From Amphiscolops sp. MND2022 (Eukaryota), in the NCBI GenBank assembly GCA_964187785.1, contig OZ076420.1:31744001-31808000 (forward strand): a DNA stretch of 64,000 nt, given 5' to 3'. The notes beneath the pieces were generated by a model. It had not been told where the DNA came from, ran no database searches, and saw only the letters and a program-made list of their open reading frames with translations. Both the position numbers and the translations under genes were made by a program. Positions 12,491-24,700 of the stretch are shown here, one piece after another; within the stretch, counting starts at the first letter, position 1, and every line of letters starts with the position of its first letter.

Positions 12491-15400
12491 TCATTGTAAA
12501 CTGGTTTGATATAAGGATCGATAACTGTTCGAACACTTGAAGTGACCACGACATGCTACGAAGCTACATCGAATCATGAAAAACCCGAATTCACGATGTT
12601 CAGTGAACCTCAAAATTTTGATGAAGGCATCTTCACCTTCTTTGTTACTTGCGATCACGTCCCATCGTTTCCCAAGCACACTGTCCCATGACTGATTAGA
12701 CCCTTTGAGGTCATTGCTGATATCCCCAGAAAACTTCACTGTTTCTTTTGAGGACGTCGTTTCAAAACCACACATTTTACGGGTCAACGGCGTCGCTGGA
12801 ATCAATGATTTTGTCATTGAATGTTTTTTCTGGGCAAATCCAACCATCCTTTTGACTGCTGAAAGCACCGCGACAGCTTGGTTAATAGGATGAACTAGAG
12901 TGTGGATATTGAATTCTTCTATTTCGTCATCGATAACTTGAACTTCTAGTGCGGGCATGCGTACTTCAATATCGGGGTTTGTTTCTCCTATCATTTTAAC
13001 AAACGCCTTTCGTTTGCTGCAATCAAAGAACAGTTCTTTTACCTCAAACGTCGCGTTTGCATAGTTGGTGAGAGACCCAACTTTCAGGATGTTGTTATAG
13101 CATGGCGCATACTTCAACTCAACGTTCTCGTCACTGTGTGGTATCAAAGATATTGCATCCACAAAAGGTATTGTTTTTGGGGGGCATCGCTTTTTTGGTA
13201 CGGGAGGCCTGGAATCGATTTTGGTCGGAGGTGATTCAAGTTCTTCGTTGGTGTCATCTGGAGCAGCCTCAACAGGCAAGTTTGCCCGTAATTGTCGATA
13301 AGAGACAAAAAATTCTTTTCCTTCGTCATCAACGACCATGCACTGTCGCAGGAACGGATCGTTGATCATCACTGTCGCAGTAACAACTGATCCGCAGCAA
13401 GTAATCTCGCAATTTTCGAAGTCGCCGATACAGTCACAATCTTCGTCATTTGATTGCCAAAAGAAAACTTCGTCATTGCGCATTAACTTCCTTGGATTGA
13501 AAGGCAAGCTTCTACCCCTTTTCTTGCTCAGCGATTCATCCAGTTTTTGGGCTTTTCTAATATTCCAACGTCGCTGAAAAAAGTTGAAAGTTAGCTCTCG
13601 CGTTTCAAATTTTTATCAACTTCAATAATGGGTTTTTTGAAAAAAATATTGTGGAGAATATCAACACGTGGATTGTCATTGAAATCTGGCAGATTTTGCT
13701 GAACTGCCATTTTTTCCTAAACATTCAACGAATGAGCTTGTTCTTAAATGGTCCTAAAACGATTGTGGAAAGTAAGACCATATCTTTATACATGTGTCGT
13801 GGAAACCACATACATATCTTAAACTACAAGAAAACCATTACCAAAGGGGATAGATAGTACGTCAATATTTAAATCTGACTGTATTGTCCTGGTTTCCACC
13901 ACTTTAAGCATATTGTCCTGGTTTCCACCAAAATAGCATTCACTGTTCGATGGCCACGAAAGCTACTGTGGAAAGTAAGACCATATCATTATACATGTGT
14001 CGTGGAAACCGCATACATATCTTAAACTGTAAGGAAACAAAAACCAAAGGGGGTAAGTACGTCAATATTTAAAATCTAATATACCGTATTAGTGTAATGG
14101 AGCAATGACTCAATTTTGAATGGCGTTTTTTGGAATATTCTGGCAATTATTCATATCTGGCCTAATATTGAAATCTGGCAGATTTGGATAAAATGATACA
14201 TTTTTGATTGATTAGCAATTTTAGAGGCCGGCTTTTGTTCGCTCGGAAGACATTATGGACATATTTTCAAAATAGTTTGAAGCTAAGACAAGTTGTCTCT
14301 CTGACTTCTAATAGCAGCAAATTTTGAGGTCATTGCTGATATCCCCAGAAAACTTCACTGTTTCTTTTGAGGACGTCGTTTCAAAACCACACATTTTACG
14401 GGTCAACGGCGTCGCTGGAATCAATGATTTTGTCATTGAATGTTTTTTCTGGGCAAATCCAACCATCCTTTTGACTGCTGAAAGCACCGCGACAGCTTGG
14501 TTAATAGGATGAACTAGAGTGTGGATATTGAATTCTTCTATTTCGTCATCGATAACTTGAACTTCTAGTGCGGGCATGCGTACTTCAATATCGGGGTTTG
14601 TTTCTCCTATCATTTTAACAAACGCCTTTCGTTTGCTGCAATCAAAGAACAGTTCTTTTACCTCAAACGTCGCGTTTGCATAGTTGGTGAGAGACCCAAC
14701 TTTCAGGATGTTGTTATAGCATGGCGCATACTTCAACTCAACGTTCTCGTCACTGTGTGGTATCAAAGATATTGCATCCACAAAAGGTATTGTTTTTGGG
14801 GGGCATCGCTTTTTTGGTACGGGAGGCCTGGAATCGATTTTGGTCGGAGGTGATTCAAGTTCTTCGTTGGTGTCATCTGGAGCAGCCTCAACAGGCAAGT
14901 TTGCCCGTAATTGTCGATAAGAGACAAAAAATTCTTTTCCTTCGTCATCAACGACCATGCACTGTCGCAGGAACGGATCGTTGATCATCACTGTCGCAGT
15001 AACAACTGATCCGCAGCAAGTAATCTCGCAATTTTCGAAGTCGCCGATACAGTCACAATCTTCGTCATTTGATTGCCAAAAGAAAACTTCGTCATTGCGC
15101 ATTAACTTCCTTGGATTGAAAGGCAAGCTTCTACCCCTTTTCTTGCTCAGCGATTCATCCAGTTTTTGGGCTTTTCTAATATTCCAACGTCGCTGAAAAA
15201 AGTTGAAAGTTAGCTCTCGCGTTTCAAATTTTTATCAACTTCAATAATGGGTTTTTTGAAAAAAATATTGTGGAGAATATCAACACGTGGATTGTCATTG
15301 AAATCTGGCAGATTTTGCTGAACTGCCATTTTTTCCTAAACATTCAACGAATGAGCTTGTTCTTAAATGGTCCTAAAACGATTGTGGAAAGTAAGACCAT

Positions 15401-16617
15401 ATCTTTATACATGTGTCGTGGAAACCACATACATATCTTAAACTACAAGAAAACCATTACCAAAGGGGATAGATAGTACGTCAATATTTAAATCTGACTG
15501 TATTGTCCTGGTTTCCACCACTTTAAGCATATTGTCCTGGTTTCCACCAAAATAGCATTCACTGTTCGATGGCCACGAAAGCTACTGTGGAAAGTAAGAC
15601 CATATCATTATACATGTGTCGTGGAAACCGCATACATATCTTAAACTGTAAGGAAACAAAAACCAAAGGGGGTAAGTACGTCAATATTTAAAATCTAATA
15701 TACCGTATTAGTGTAATGGAGCAATGACTCATTTTTGAATGGCGTTTTTTGGAATATTCTGGCAATTATTCATATCTGGCCTAATATTGAAATCTGGCAG
15801 ATTTGGATAAAATGATACATTTTTGATTGATTAGCAATTTTAGAGGCCGGCTTTTGTTCGCTCGGAAGACATTATGGACATATTTTCAAAATAGTTTGAA
15901 GCTAAGACAAGTTGTCTCTCTGACTTCTAATAGCAGCAAATTTTGGCTAAAAATGCAAACTTATTTTGGTCCCAATCGTGAGTAATTTTTTTACTCACGA
16001 TTGGGACCAAAATATCACAAAATCTTTTTCATTGGAATCATGATTTAACTTTCATTTTTTGAATTTTCCAAGAATGGAAGTAGAACTTCTCAATTTTTGA
16101 TGTTAAATGCTAGCGCTATAAATAGTATGTCAAGGTTTAAATCTCACTTTTCTGTCTTGCCCTCAGGAAATTTTGATTTTTTTGTTTGACATTTTCTAAT
16201 ATTTTGGCATTTTCGAATATCTGGCTTGTCGTCTAAATTTTGCAAACTTTGTTAAACTTCCGGTTTCTAGTTAGTTCACTCCAACGAATGAGCGTAGCGA
16301 GTTATTCAATTTATAATTCGATTTGTGTATTTTTTGTCCTCGAAACCTGTTTAGCATTTCATCGGAACTATGGCCTAAGAAATAAGAGAATTGTGGAAAA
16401 GATTTTGAAAAAAGTTTTGAAATGTTATATCAACCTCATCTTCCCTGTCGATTTCTGGCACTGTTATGTCAACTGCTTTTCTCGTAGCCCACTTCATCCA
16501 TTTGATTCTGACGCTCCAGTCACTCATGATTGCAGTGACTTTTGCAAGCTCCCAAATAAATGTTAGAGGGTCCAGGATATGGACCACTTCGTTCGTTTCG
16601 AACTTTTGAAGAAGCAT
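12491..16617 (-). CDS. Uncharacterised protein, possibly with several Tudor/SH3-like beta-barrels (~421 aa if exon 16617-16435 joins exon 13573-12491); interrupted by a tandem duplication
   Basis: Exon 1 MLLQKFETNEVVHILDPLTFIWELAKVTAIMSDWSVRIKWMKW ends GAG|gt (phase 0). Acceptor ttttcag|cga opens the long exon in phase 0 (RRWNIRKAQK...). A truncated second copy of that exon lies at 15192-14323. The domain call is pattern-based only. Confidence 0.55.
12704..15941. repeat. Near-identical tandem duplication, unit 1619 bp (12704-14322 / 14323-15941)
   Basis: Constant offset 1619 (ORF pairs 12705/14324, 13102/14721, 13651/15270). TTTG microhomology at 12704, 14323 and 15942. Confidence 0.95.
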
Positions 16618-17174
16618 TACTGCGTTTAAAGGTGAATAGTTTGAGACTGACTGGAATAGTCACCTTATCAATAATTCAATTGACATCCACTGGGGAAATA
16701 AAGAGATATTCCAATTCCTGCGTCAATTTCAAAGCTGGTGCAAAATGACGCCGCTTATAATTGAAGTAGAGGCGATGCTTAATTACTGTTGGTGCTCAGA
16801 TCTAATGAACACCCACTGGGAAAGTAAAGTAGGGCAATTGGGGGCATATTCAATTGGGGCGGCAAGTTGACACCGCTTATGATGAGGCGGCAAGTTGAAA
16901 CTGTTTAGGATTGAAGTAGGGACGATGCTTACTGTTTATCCTAAGGTTCAATTAATACTCACCTTTAAAATTAATCAAGAGATCTTTGGGGCATTTCAAC
17001 GCCGCCTATAACTTAAAAAAGATGACGCTCAATTTTGGTTGACAGCAATTGTTTGATAAAGATTTGCTCAGTTTCTTTCAAACCATTTTCACAATCAGTA
17101 GCTTCCAGTCTTCTCGAATATACATCACAGTTCCTTCCAAATTTTTGAATTGCTTGGTTGTAACTAAATAACTT

Positions 17175-20100
17175 ATGAATAATTCAAATTCCCAAAAGCA
17201 AACTCCTGCTCCTGATCCACCATTGTCCTACTCATCTGTTCTAAGTAATTTCTCGACTCCATTGACAATCTTGACCACATGGTTGATCGAATCCTCAACT
17301 CCTTTGCTCAGCGGAAGTTCAGAAACTTCTTTGACAAATTCGACACCCTCATTCGATGCAACAGTCTACTCGCAGAGCTCACAGACAGTCTACACGCAGA
17401 GCTCGCAGAGCTCGATTACTTACAATGTAGACGGGATTATGCAAGAAGAGCATCACGAGCCAAATCAGTCAGTCGAAGATCACGCGGTAACTCAAGCCGT
17501 GGTACATATGAAAGACTACCCTGATGATGAAGACATACCATTTTCCGTCGAGCCAAATGAAAGTAAGTAATTATGCATAACCTAAACCCTTAACCTCTAC
17601 AGTTTTTTTAGACCTTTTCGAACACTTGATGAAAATCAAAGTAGCTATCAATTTTGAATGATCCAAACAAGAATTAGATATATTGTCCTGGTTTCCACCA
17701 TCTTGGGCTGAATTTGAACATTGTAAACGCCGCGACCAGGCCGCCCAAATTTTGTCCCCTGTGTCCCCAACAATCATGACATGTAATAGCAACAAATATT
17801 TGTCTCTTTGACTTGTAATAAACACAAAATTCGTCTCAAAAGTCCTAGTCTCACGAAAACACTGATCAATCTTGTATGGCATTTTATGAAAACATGGCAT
17901 TTATCCATAACTGTTTTGTCATTAGAATATTGCAGATTTTGATGAACTGCCATTTTTCCGTAAATATTCAATGGATGAGTTCGTTCTTAAATGGTCCCAA
18001 AACGACTGTGGAAAGTAAGACGATATCTTTATACATGTGTCGTGGAAACCGCATACATATCTTAAGCTGTAAGAAAACAACTACCATAGGAGTAGTATGT
18101 CAATTTTTAAATCTGACTGTATTGTCCTGGTTTCCACCACTCTAGGCATATTGTCCTGGTTTCCACCAAAATAGCCTTCATTGCTCAATGGCCACGAAAG
18201 CGACTGTGGAAAGTAAGACCATATCTTTATACATGTGTCGTGGAAACCGAATACATATCTTAAACTGTAAGAAAACAACTACCAAAGGGGATAGTACGTC
18301 AATATTTAAAACCGTATTAACCGTCAAATGGTCATGGAAATATTGTTCAGTGTTGAATGGCGTTGTAGAATAACATGTCATTTAATATTATTTGGCTTGT
18401 CATCAAAATCTGGCAAATTTTGTTTAGGTGTGTTTAGATTTTCGATTGGTTAGAGTTCTTAGAGGCCAAAATGTTCTGGGCATATTTTGTCTTTCTGACT
18501 AATAAAAATTTTTGAAAAAACTGAAAACTCCAAACTAACTTACAAGTTGAATAGATGTCTTTTTTTGCAGATTCTGTTTCTCGAGTACAATACAAGCCAC
18601 CACGCTGGCTAATCGAAGGTTTGGTTGAGTATGCCAGCCACACGAGTCCTGACTTTCTCAACAAAACCGAAGGTGTGAAATTCCAACAATGTGTCAACGA
18701 AAGTGATGACCGACCAGTCGTGACAGAGCTCCTGTTCGTCAATTCTGTTGGGAAGTCTTGTTTTAGACCGAGCCATGTTGTCGACCAGTATTTGATCCCT
18801 GTACGTTTGTTTTTTTTTGTCATTTAAATTTATATATAGTTCGGAGTTTTCAAAACAACTTCGATTGAAAAATCTACATCCACTAAACCATTGTAGTTCT
18901 AGTGCAAAAGATCAAAGATTTAATCGAAAGCATGTATTTCAGGTACTTCAACAATGTAAAAAACTAGCCAATCAGCTGAAGTTCAAATTGGAACTCATCT
19001 ATCCAATTGTTGACGACCCTGAAGCACGATTGCCAAAATTGAAAAATCAAATCAGGGAAATGCAAGGAAAATTTGGCAATGAATTTGACCAGGATACCAT
19101 CAAAACATGCGTGAGAAAGCATCAAGATGCTCAACGATACGCGCGACAGTCAGCTCGAGCCACAACGTTCTTCAAATACATGAACGGGAAATGTGACTTG
19201 AACATCTTGGAGAAAAGAATCGAAGGGTTTTTCCAGAGGCAGAAATGGACAACACCAGAAGACGTCAAACAGGATATTAGAAAAGTGTTTCTGTTGGTTC
19301 TACCTATGCTACAAAATCCAGATTCGAGAAGGATGGGCAGTGATGGTTCTGCTAAAATAATGTACAAAGGGATGGCACATAACATGGATTTCGAGTGCCA
19401 GACCGTCCTATTCGAACGATGTGACACGCAGAGCTGGCCAGGCGTATGTCCAGCCACTTTCAAATCTTATGGACACGGAGTGGTCAGCACACAGAAGTTT
19501 TTTAAAAACGAGATTGTTCTTGACTACCACGGTCAAATACTTGAGAAAATGACATTGACACAAGCTCTGGCGATGGAAGGCGTACAGCCCGAGTATCTGA
19601 TGGAGGTACGTAATCTAAAGTTTAAAGTTTTTTGTTAGATACATACCAAGTGAATAAAGACAAATAAAAATAGATCTAAAAAGTCAAAGTATGAGTATTT
19701 GTTCTTTTATCAATTTTGGACCTAGAGAGCTAAAAGTGGAGAAGAAAAAAATTATTAGTTCACTAGGACCTAGCTAAAAGAAAGTACACGAAACTTTTTT
19801 GTGCTTAATACGATCTTTTTCTAAGCTGATAGTTTTTTGTATATTTCCATTTTTTTCATTATTCGCTCTGACGTAAACTCTACCGATTCTTCAAGAATTC
19901 AAATTTCTATCTTTTTTGTTACAATAATCCATTTTAGTCAAATTGGCGTTTGAATTCAATTTGGCGTTTTGAGATAAAATAGCACGTTAAGTAATTTCAG
20001 CAGAATTTTCACTATTTACACACTCGTTGAATACTGTCAATACGCGTCTAGTTGTATTTCGCTTACCGCTCTGGCTTTCTCGCAATTTGATTGGCTCGCT

Positions 20101-20778
20101 TCGTTTCAAACGTTTTGAAGTTCGTCAATAACGTTTTTTTCTAATCCGCCTGTGAATTCTTCTACTACGTTTATAGTAAACCTATCTCTAAACATCTCTT
20201 CTAATTTTATAGATGTTCCATTACAATGGGATGGATGCCTTGATGAATAGTCCGCCATTCCCAGCGTTCGCCCCGGAGTTTGTACCACATTAAACTTATA
20301 TGGTAATAGACGATCTATTCAACGTGTTAAACGGCTTGATGTCGTTTTATTTGCACTCAGAACGCTTTGTAAAGCCTTGTGATCAAATACGACTCCAAAT
20401 TGTGTACCGCATACATAATTTTTGAAATGATCACACGACAGCTAGTAACTCCAATTCATTTTTGGATTATTTCATTCAAATTCTGTTAAATATTGTGGGT
20501 TTTTGTAAGGTGTTCTTGAAACTTCTTTGTTCCAGGTGAAAGGTCCCGGGCGGAGACTGATCAACGCTTCCTCCGAGATATGTGAAAGTCACCCAAAAAA
20601 TCTATGTTTGGGACGCCTTATTAACCACTGTTCCAAAGATGCAAACATAAAGCAAACTGACATAGTGCTTTATGACGAGTCCCGAGTTTGCTGCTTCAGG
20701 GCTATAAGAGATATAAGCCCTTTCGAAGAATTGAAATTCGATTACGAGGACCCAACAGCGTGGTCCCTTTTTTCGTGA
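17175..20778 (+). CDS. SET-domain lysine methyltransferase, KMT5A/SETD8 (PR-Set7)-like; 4 exons, ~539 aa
   Basis: Exons 17175-17562, 18571-18800, 18847(?)-19605, 20536-20778, phase-compatible; the third acceptor is the least certain. YGHGVVSTQKFFKNEIVLDYHGQ, LGRLINHCSK and RAIRDISPFEELKFDYED match SETD8 KGRGVIATKQFSRGDFVVEYHGD, LGRLINHSK and IASRDIAAGEELLYDYGD. Confidence 0.85.
17680..18540. repeat. Modular repeat cluster inside SET intron 1
   Basis: Two A units plus linkers. Confidence 0.85.
20080..20410 (-). mobile_element. Gypsy RNase H end/linker fragment inside SET intron 3
   Basis: VQTPGRTLGMADYSSRHPS...RFTINV (ORF 20106-20288). Confidence 0.8.
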
Positions 20779-20959
20779 AAGATGACTTGTTGACAAATAT
20801 CTTCCTGTGCTTTTTCAAGAGTCTATTTATTCCGAACACTTTTTTTGTTTTTTAAAGCTACTCGTTTTGTTCACTTTTCGAATAATTATCAGATATATAT
20901 GAACCAGACTTTCAACCAGAGGATCAGAATACATGTAAGTTCAGTCAATTATCCATAGC

Positions 20960-21440
20960 ACCCTTTGTCCTGGTTTCCACCAAAATAGCATTCACTGTTC
21001 GATGGCCACGAAAGCGACTGTGGAAAGTAAGACCATATCTTTATACATGTGTCGTGGAAACCGCATACACATCTTAAACTAAGAAAACAATTACCAAAGG
21101 GGATGATAGATAGTACGTCAATTTTTAAATCTGACTGTATTGTCCTGGTTTCCACCACTCTAAGCAAATTGTCCTGGTTTCCACCAAAATAGCATTCACT
21201 GTTCGATGGCCACGAAAGCTACTGTGGAAAGTAAGACCATATCATTATACATGTGTCGTGGAAACCGCATACATATCTTAAACTGTAAGAAAACAACTAC
21301 CAAAGGGGGTAGTACGTCAATATGTAACTTTTAATATACCGTAGTAGTGTCATGGAAATATTGCTCAATTTTGAATGACGTTTTAGAAAATTTTGGCATT
21401 TAAAAAAAACTGGCTTGTCATCGAAATCTGGCATATTCCT
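20960..21440. repeat. Modular repeat cluster (two A units)
   Basis: Core motifs as above. Confidence 0.9.
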
Positions 21441-21703
21441 TTAATCTTCAGTTTTTCGACTACTTTACTTTAACGAATGAGCTTCGTGTTACGTCCATAA
21501 TTATATCAGTTCGTATTGGCTTGGTTTTAAAATATTTTAGTCACGAAAATAGGGGTTCCACGTCACGTAAAGAGAAGGTTGTTAATTATTTATTCAAGAG
21601 CATCTTTTTATTATGGTGTTAAATGTCCCTCTTTTTGTCGGTTCATCTTAACTCCTAATCTCAACTTTTTTCATCAAAGCGTCATTCTGCAAATATATTT
21701 CAG

Positions 21704-24700
21704 ATAGTCACTGTGACCTTCATACATCTTCATCACTAGTTGAGTTGAATACAACGTTGTTGAAATCTCATATCAACGCACTTTTGATGGACCCCTTAGC
21801 ACTTTGGAATGCCCATTCTGTACAAGTCGACAAAAATTTGCTGTTTATCGACTGCAAAATGTTCGAAGTCATGGCCGAGAAACGATTCACGAACAAATAC
21901 AGAAAATTCGAAAAGATCATTGACGATGCATTCGGCGGGTGTGGGTTGAATACCAAAGACTTACTCCGGAGAATTCCCATGAAAGGTCAAAGCAAACCGA
22001 CTGTGTGTATAGCAGTGAGTAACTTTTTAATCATCATTTTTTGCAAATGTCTATCTTTGTCATATTTGGCGCAATAATACTTTTTTCTAATTCTTGCTTC
22101 GCTGGCGTTTTGTATCCAATTCGTTAATTGAGTATATTGCTTCAAAGTCGGTTAAAAATCTGGATGCGTACGCAATTGGTTTTCAATTGTTTTCTTCATT
22201 GTGTTGTAATACCGCCCCTAATCCTTGTTTGCTTGCATCGCAAATGATTCGCAACATGCGGTTTCATTTAAATTGCTAAAAATACATTTACTAAATACAT
22301 TACTAAAACATTTACATATCCACCACAAAAACCGTTTCCGAAAAAATATTCTTTACAGGGAAAAATTGCGATGTTTCTAATCTTCCGAGGGTTCAAGGAT
22401 TTCCAATGGACCGACGCAAGGAAGAGATTTGTGGAATGCTTTGTCCCTCGATATTTGATTCCTTACGAAGATACTTTCAATTTTCCTCCTCTTGTAACAC
22501 CAACTTTGAATCCCCTTGCAATACGTACCTCGAATCTGTCTGCGCCACCAACAATGGTCCTTGAAACAATGGATTCACATACACCACCAACAACGGTCCT
22601 TGAAACAATAAATTCGTTTGCAACACGAAGAATGGACCTTGGAACAATGGATTCGCATACACCACCAACAATGATCCTTGAAACAATAAATCCATTTGCA
22701 ACACCAACAATGGACCTTGGAATAATGGTTTCGCATGCACCACCAACAATGGACCTTGAAACAATGGATTCCCATGCACCACCAACAATGGACATTGAAA
22801 CAATGGATTCGCATGCGCCACCAACAATGGACCTTGAAACAATGGATTCGCATGCACCACCAACAATGGACCTTGAAACAATGGATTCCCATGCACCACC
22901 AACAATGGACCTTGAAACAATGGATTCGCATGCACCACCAACAAAGGACCTTGAAACAATGGATTCGCATGCACCACCAACAGTGGACCTTGAAACAATG
23001 GATTCGCATGCACCACCAACAATGTACCTTGATTCAGCGACAATTCCAAATCCTAAAATGAGGAGAACAAAAAAATTGAACAAAGAAGCAGCCACTTGTT
23101 TCTGGAAAAGGGTCATCGATGAGGCCAACGATAATAAAGAAATTGGGTTCAATGAGTTTATAGAACAAGTGAAAGACAATATGATTAAACGGAAATACCA
23201 GGGATTCACAAAGAAGGAAGAAGTGAATGTGGTGAAAATTCTAATCGACCGTCTTTTTGAGAATCGAGGATCGACCTAGGAATTCAGTCACATTCTATCA
23301 CTTACTGCTCAAACTGGAAATATAGAGGCAGTCATAAAACTTATCAGATCGAAACTTTCGGTAGTTGGCTTGGGATACAACGTAGTACCCTGTATACGCT
23401 TGATCAAGAAATCGACAGCTGAAATCCAGACCTATTTTGTTTCACTATGCCATCCCGAAAGAACGTTCTCCGGTTTCCGATGCGATCTGATAAAATGTGT
23501 TGAGCTGGCCGCATACCTGCTCGGAATGTATGATTTATGTGGTTTGAGAATTGATATCTGGGGCGACGGTTGTGAAATTGGAGGCCTGGAAACAACCCGT
23601 TTTGCTTTTCGAGTGTTTTCGGAAAAAATTAGTTGCCAGTCATCATGTTCGGTGTTCTGTTTTGCATCGTATCGAGGAAAAGACAGCCGATTCGCGATGG
23701 AACAGAACCTTGGACCAACTATAGCTGGTGATCAAAGTTCGGGTTGGCTCTACCAGAAAACGTCGGAGTTGTCAGATCGTGGAGTTAAACTAACCTACAG
23801 TGGAGATACACCATTTTTGCTACGCCTGATACTTGGAATTTCCTGTGAAACGAATTTCAAATCAAAAATGTCACTTCATATTCCTGATAATAGCTTTTTG
23901 CCAACAAATTGCCACCCTGAAACAGGTCTGAGAACCGATCTCAAGATACCTTTCCGAGAAGAACTGCCAAAAACATCCCTTGTTTATTTCCAAGACGTGC
24001 GATGTATATGCCCTGACCCGACGCACATGATCACCAGATGTGTTGAAAACGACTTGAGGAGAGTGGCGCAGAAAATAATCACTGACAAGTATCCCGATTA
24101 TGGCCCCTCACTCAAAGCCTTTGAAGAAAATCTTACACGACGTGATGCAAAAAGGCCATATTTCCAGTTCAATGTGAACACAAAACTAGGTTCTGGTGTT
24201 GGTACTGTGAACAGTGTGTCATTAGCCGGAAGTAATGCCCTATCTATTATAGCAGAAAAAGAGGAATTGGCTGGCGCAAATGATTGTTCAATAGGGAATC
24301 TTTTTGAAGATGTATGGGATCCCAAAAACGATGTTGTTATTGGGAGTGAATCTGCTGCAAGTGCACAAGTACTAAAACAACTTCTCCCAGAACTTTTTGA
24401 TAAGCCTCACCCTAGTGACAAGACAAATCCGCCAATCTCTACATCTCGAAGACAGATGCATGTGAATTGCTGCGCTCCAGCCTGAACCGCTGTGCAATTC
24501 TCTTGAGATCTGAGCAGTTTGACGCCCAATGCTACAAAAAATGGGCTGAAATATATTATCAGACAACCATTTTGTTATTTGGTGAATGCTCATTGACACC
24601 ATATAAGTTGAAGCTCGCAATGATGCCACAGATTGTAGAAGGAGGGTTTGTGGAGAGACCTTTTGACCACATGTGCGAAGGGCTTGAAAAATCCAATCAT

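Noticed and set aside
16240-16748. Plus-strand ORFs as upstream SET exons
   Set aside because: They need a frameshift, and the overlapping minus frame has a better domain-like pattern and an in-phase splice.
20778-21704. SETMAR-like SET-transposase fusion through a small exon at 20893-20934
   Set aside because: That 42-nt exon joins 21704 in frame, but it needs a phase-1 donor; the donors near the SET end are phase 2 and lead to stops. Only RNA data could revive this idea.
22463-23209. Long antisense and alternative-frame ORFs (22463, 22477, 22575, 22735)
   Set aside because: By-products of the stop-poor 39-bp repeat.
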